Assembly: GCF_009914755.1 (NCBI RefSeq)
Contig: NC_060935.1
DNA: 64,000 bases
Direction: 5' to 3' (one strand)
Source: the human T2T-CHM13v2.0 reference genome, Homo sapiens
Below, one piece after another: positions 56,563 through 64,000 of this stretch; within the stretch, counting starts at the first letter, position 1, and each line of letters opens with the position of its first letter. Under the pieces are notes generated by a model. That model had not been told where the DNA came from and did not search any database. It saw only the letters and a list, made by a program, of their open reading frames with translations. Position numbers and translations under genes: made by a program.

Positions 56563-57075
56563 GTCTCTTCTGTGATGCTGCCTATGAAGGTGGCAGCCAT
56601 CTCCTATTCACCATCATAGCCACACTCAGACCCCTTGTGGAGCCCAAGATTGTCATAAAGAGGATCAAGAAGTTCATCATCGGGACAGATCGATATGTCA
56701 AAATTAAGTGTAACTGGTGGAAACCCAGAGGTATTAACAACAGGGTATGCAGAGGATTCAAGGGCCAGACTTGATGTCCAACACTGGTTATAGGAGCAAC
56801 AAGAAGACAAAGCACATGCTGCCCATGGCTTCTGGAAGTTCCTAGTATCCAGTGTCAAGGAGCTGGATGTGCTGCTGATGTGCAACAAATCTTACTGGGC
56901 TGAGAATGCTCACAATGTTTTCTCAAAGAAGAACCACACAGCCATCATGGAAAGAGCAGCCTAGCTCATCATCAGAGTCACCAATCCTAATGCCAGGCTG
57001 CACAGCAAAGAAAATGAATAGACAGGTTGTGTGCACGTTTTACTTGTGTTTAAAGAAAACCATAAAAACTGCCAA
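56563..57075 (+). pseudogene. RPL32: Processed pseudogene of ribosomal protein L32, inserted in an old minus-strand L1 3' end
   Basis: Intronless; retains TOP-like ctcttc 5'UTR; start ATG to ATA (56616); [67 protein letters not shown] (TAG 57019-57021); frameshifts; 3'UTR ending aaaaactgcc. Confidence 0.95.
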
Positions 57076-57254
57076 GAAAGGTATGAATAAATTAAGGAAT
57101 AAGATAACAAATAATGGCATACACAACAACCAGGTTAAGAAACAGAACACTACCAGTACCTTAAAAGCTCTCTTTGTTCCCTAGACGCAACCATTAGGCT
57201 GGCTTTTATGAGAATTAGTCTCTTGCTTTTCTTTGCGGTTTTGCCAATCTGTAT

Positions 57255-58143
57255 TATAAACCAAGAAGTATCTGAGACAGGTCTCAATCAATTTAGAGTT
57301 TTATTTTGCCAAGGTTAAGGACTATGACCTGTGACACAACCTCAAGAGGTCCTTCCTGACAATATGTGCCAAAGGTGGCTGGGTTGCAGCTTGGTTTTAT
57401 ACATTTTAGGGATACAGAAGTTACAGGCAAAGACATAAATCAATGCATGGAAAGTATACTTGGCTCAGCCTGGAAAAGTGGGATATCTTGAAGCAGTGGG
57501 GGAGTTGGGTGGCGGGGGGATTTCCAAGTCATTGGTGCATTCAAAGATTTCCTAATTAGCAATTGGTCGAAAGAGTTTAGCTCTGCCTAAAGAGTTGAAG
57601 TCAGCATAAAGAAATATTGAGTTAAGATAAAAGGAGAGGTTGTGGAAGCCAAGGTTCTTATCATGTAGATAGAGCCTTGAGGTAGCAGGCTTCAGAGAAA
57701 ATGTCTCTTATCAGGCCTTAAATGGTGTCAGACTCTGCATAAAAGACATAGTAAGGGAAGGAGATTCTCTATAGAATGCACATTTCCCCCACAAGAGACA
57801 GCTTTGCAGGGCTATTTCAATATATGTCAAAGAAGTATATTTGGCAGTAAAGTGACTTCCCTCAAGGCCTGCTATTTGTCATGTGATGCTATACCAGAGT
57901 CAGGTTGGAATCTGGTATCTTATTGCTATCAAGAGCCTGCTTCGTCAGTCTCAAGATCTCTGTTTTAATGTTAATGCTGGTTAGATGTTTCTAAACTCCA
58001 AAGGGAGGAGTATACAGTGAGACATGTCTGACTCCTTCCCATTATGGCCTGAACTTGTTTGTCAGGTTTCTTTGGGATCCCGTTGGCCAAAAAGGGGTCC
58101 ATTCAGTCGATTGGGGAGCTTCGAATTTTATTTTTGGTTTGCA
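57255..58143 (-). mobile_element. MER4-family (MER4D-like) ERV1 solo LTR
   Basis: aagtatctgagacaggtctcaatcaatttag...ggggtccattcagtcg...tttatttttggtttgca; 4-bp TSD gtat. Confidence 0.88.
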
Positions 58144-58354
58144 GTATGTATTCTTAAATAACATCTTGTTTAGTTTGGCCTTTTAAAATATTTTTTAAAA
58201 ATAGAATCAAGGTGTAGGGTTTTTTGTGTGTGACTTGCTTCTTTCATTCAACATTATGTTGATGTATTTAGCTCATTCCCTTTTCTTGTAGCATTACATT
58301 CCATTTTATGACAATACCTCAATTTACCTCTTCTAACATTGATGGACATTTAGA

Positions 58355-59200
58355 TTTTGTTTTAGTTTAATTCCCCCCACAGTAGATACTAAGACAAAGA
58401 TCTGCATGCAGGGAGTTTATCTGGAAGGTGATACCTGGAAGCACTGTGAAGGCGTAAGGAAGTGAGACCTGGAAAGAATAAGAACCAATAAAGCATTTAT
58501 TTATAAGCAGATTACCACAATGAGCAACCAGGCTTATTCCCACTGGGAACTCTGAAAGATAGTGTGAAACACACATGAGACTTATCCACTAAAGGAGAAG
58601 GGATCTGGGCTATTTATCCACCATCCTAAATTGGTTGAAAGCCCCCTTTGGGACAGAAATTCTCTTCTACTTAAGGCTTGTCCCAAGTATTCTGCTAAAG
58701 ACGATGCCCTCAGGCAATCGTCAAGAAATATGTAGGAGGCAATCATCTTGACAGCAGCTGTCTAGGATAGATTAAAGCGATATGGATGGAGCCCTTTTGA
58801 GATCTGCTACTGCAACCCGTTGCACCCTTCAGATCCACTCAACCCTCACACTATGTTCACTCTATGTTGTCACTGATTCTTCAAATTTTTAAGGTACAGG
58901 TACCTGAAAAAGAGAAGAATAAAAGGCTTAAATGTAGATGGAGTAAGTACACTCCCTACTGCTGTAGTTGGTCCTGAGGCCATCAGTTGATATTCATCAT
59001 CTCCCACCTTTACCACCCATGGTAGACTTCCCTTGGTCAGAATATCTCTTGGATGCTTCTCTTGGTAGGTGACCCAGTCCTTTATCTTTGAGGGAATTGA
59101 GTTTCTGGTTACCTTGCCCTTTTCAAGACTAGGTAGTTGCAATTGCCCATGTGCTATTATCACTGGGCATGGAATCACCAAGAGGTACCCTGGGGAATTC
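58355..59200 (-). mobile_element. LTR16-like ERVL LTR with adjacent internal remnant
   Basis: agtttatctggaaggtgatacctggaagcac...gaagtgagac and ERVL-like internal sequence at 58800-59200. Confidence 0.6.
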
Positions 59201-59867
59201 TGAGTTAGAAAAAGTTGCTGACTTTATACTATAGATGCTTCCTGTCAAAGAGCATGGTAATTATCTATTTGGTCTTTAAAAATGTTCTTTATTAGAATTT
59301 GATAATTTTATGCATGTAAGGCTCAATACACACACATATACATGTATATCCACACATATCCTAGATTTTGATGTTACTGTGAATATGATTTTCAAGTTAT
59401 GCTTTTTAATAGTTGGTGGCATATAAAAACTGCTTTTGTGTGTTGATTTAGTTTCCAGAAAATTGGCTAGATTCTCTGGGGTTTTCTAAATGAATAACCA
59501 CATATATTTATGATTATCCAATTATGATTGTTTTGTTTCTGTACAATTTTAATGTATTTTTTTTCTTTTTTTGTTTTCTTGTACTGAGTAGGACTTCCAC
59601 CAGAAGATCAGGTAGGAATGGATGATAGTGGGCATCCTCTTCTTGTTCCTGCCAACTTTTTAAACCAACTTTGTACTCCTGGGAGAAACCCAACTTAGCC
59701 ATAATGTATTATGTCTTTTATATACAACTGGATTGTGTTGGTTAAAATTGGGTTTAAGATTTTTGAAACTACATTCATGAGTGTGACTAGTCTATAATTT
59801 TCCTACCATGTGCCAGCCATGTCTTATGTTTGTGTCATGATTATGCCAGCTTTAAAAATTGAGTTGG

Positions 59868-60167
59868 AGACCGGGTGCAGTGGCTTAAGCCTGTAACCCC
59901 AGCACTTTGGGGGGCCAAGGCAGGTGGATGACCTGAGGTCAGGAGTTCAAGACCAGCCTGGCCAACATGGTGAAACCCTGTCTCTACTAAAAATACAAAA
60001 TTTAGCCAGGCATGGTAGCATGCGCCTGTAGTCCCAGCTACTCTGAAGGCTGAGACGGGAAGAACCACTTGAACCCAGGAAGCAGAGGTTTCAGTGAACC
60101 AAGATTGCACCACTGCACTCCAGTCTGGGCCACAGAGCGAGACTCCTTCTCAAAAAAAAAAAAAAAA
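59868..60167 (+). mobile_element. AluSx-type element
   Basis: TSD aaaaattgagttgga. Confidence 0.93.
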
Positions 60168-60847
60168 TTGAGTTGGAAATTGAAAAGTGTTTCTTCTTTT
60201 TCAATTCTCTGAAAAAATTCATATAAAATTGGCCTGAACTATTTCTTGACTATTTCATAAAATCCGGCTTTTTTGTCCTGCCTTTTTCTTTGTGGCAATA
60301 ATTTGAATGACTGTCTGAATTCCTTTAATAGCTATCAGGCTATCCAACTTCTCTATCTTTTGCTAAATCAGTTTTGGTGAGTTGTATTTTGTGGTAATTC
60401 ATTCATTACCTCTAAATTTTCAACTTTATTGCCATAAACTTGTGCACAATATCTTATCATTACCTGTTTAATCTCTGTAGTTTCTATAGTTATGCTCCTT
60501 TTAAATTCCTAATAATGTTGTCATCTTCTCAATTTTTTTCAATTTTCTCAATTTCTTCAGAGGTTTGTCAATTTTATAAATATCTTAAAGAATCAACTTT
60601 TGGCATTGTTAATCCTCCCTATTATTGTATGCTTGGTTTAGCCCTTACTTTATTAATTAAAATATGTTCTTTGTTATTTCCCTTACTTTTCTTCAGATTT
60701 TTCTTGCATTCTTGTTCTTGTTCCTCAAGTTGAATTTTTAAAAATTCACTTTAAACTTTTTTTCTAATGAAAGCAATTAAGGGAACAGATTTCGCTCCAA
60801 TTCCTCAAGCAGCATACATATTCTATTATTGTTTAAGTACAGGTTTG

Positions 60848-60887
60848 CTTGCCTTCCTTCCTTCCTTCCTTTCTTTCCTTCTTTCTT

Positions 60888-60941
<54 letters not shown>

Positions 60942-61231
60942 GGGTCTGGCTCTGTCACCCAGGCTGGAGTGCAGTGGTGCGATCTCTGCAATCTCTGCTT
61001 CCTGGGCTCAAGTGATCCTCCCACCTCAGCCTCCTGAGTAGCTTGGATTACAGGTGCACACCATCACATCCAGCTAAATATATATATATATATTTATTTA
61101 TTTATTTATTTTTTGTAGAAACAGGTTTTCACCATGTTGCCCAGGTGGTCTTGAACTCCTAAGCTTAATGGATCCTTCTACCTTGGCCTCCCAAAGTGCT
61201 GGGATTACAGGTGTGAGCCACCACGTCTGGC
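60848..61231 (-). mobile_element. AluJ-type element whose tail has become (CA)n and (GGAA)n microsatellites
   Basis: Alu body 60940-61231; (TG)~23 at 60892-60937; (cctt)n upstream; linker converted to (TA)n. Confidence 0.9.
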
Positions 61232-61279
61232 GTAATTACAAGTATTTTCTATATTTTTAGTTTTGCCATCCACTCATGA

Positions 61280-61607
<328 letters not shown>

Positions 61608-62534
61608 TGATTTTTTTTAAATTTTAATTTTCAAATGAATGAAGTTTCCATGTTATCTTTTAAAATTATTTCTAGCAGGTGAATTGGGGGAGAAGAATGT
61701 GATCACACTAATGCTGATTATTTGAAATTTAATGATGCTATTTTATGGCCTATAATGTTATCAATTATTATGAATATTCCATGCTTAAAAAGAATGTTTA
61801 TTCTTCATTCACTATGGACAATTTATGTTGATATTTCCAAGCTTCTACTTTATTTCTTTACATACATTAAACAGGTTTTTATATGTGCCTGCTATTTCTG
61901 AAAGCTGAAGCTTTTGTGGGTCTTGTTCTGCTGTCTGTTGTTTATGCTGGTGCTCACTCATGATGCTTTGTTTATATATGTGTTTTGTGATTTTTGATAA
62001 TGGATCTGATGCTGGTTTTCTTTGACACTTTGTAGAAACTTTCTGAAGCCTCCTAAGAGAATTTGATTCTATTTTCTGCTGTTGTAGCCAACTGGGGACA
62101 CCCCAAATACAATTCTCTACTCAAATATTTTTTGACACACAAATTTTATCAATGCAAGCCCAAATGCATATGAATGCCCTCTGGTGGTTATGCGTTTTCA
62201 GGGGAGAATTTTTCCCCTTTGTGACACAGCAGAGTTTATTTCATTTTTACCCTTACTCAGTGGTTGTAATTTCATGGAGTATCAGCTTTTTGTAGAGGAT
62301 ATTTTTATTATAATCCTCATCTCAAGCATGCCCTAGCCTGTGTATCCTGCCCCCCATAACCTATGCAGCTGCCAAAATGTAGGTTCAAGGTCTCCAGAGT
62401 TCAACAAAAACTATCAGGGCAAAAGCTGTCATTGACACTTATGTCCAGGGATTCATAATTTTTACTTCAAGTCTGGAATTGGCATATTTGTTACTTTGGT
62501 GGTAACCTGCTGATCTATTTTTTAAATGCCACTT

Positions 62535-64000
<1,466 letters not shown>

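Overview
Human genomic DNA, not microbial: it carries a near-consensus AluYa5, and the ORF track is almost all repeat-derived noise. The left 17.5 kb is the 5' end of MTMR2 (myotubularin-related 2, 11q21) on the minus strand: CpG-island promoter, coding exon 1 ([26 protein letters not shown], 80 nt, carrying Thr rather than Lys at codon 3) and part of intron 1. The intron contains a 71-nt cassette exon that places a stop right after Ser27. The rest is intergenic and repeat-dense: L1 fragments, a 3'-truncated HERV-K(HML-5)/LTR22 provirus nested in an old L1, two full-length THE1 elements in convergent inverted orientation, ERVL remnants, a MER4 solo LTR, DNA-transposon fossils, about 20 Alu copies and an RPL32 processed pseudogene. 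The best leads are (i) a TISU/YY1-like upstream ATG whose uORF is in frame with MTMR2 and separated from it by one TGA-CTG stop, (ii) the stop-carrying cassette exon, and (iii) intact cis-acting RNA signals in the dead provirus (frameshift pseudoknot, tRNA-Met PBS, splice sites). I found no convincing wholly new biological system. Gene and repeat-subfamily names come from recall of consensus sequences, and boundaries of old repeats are approximate.
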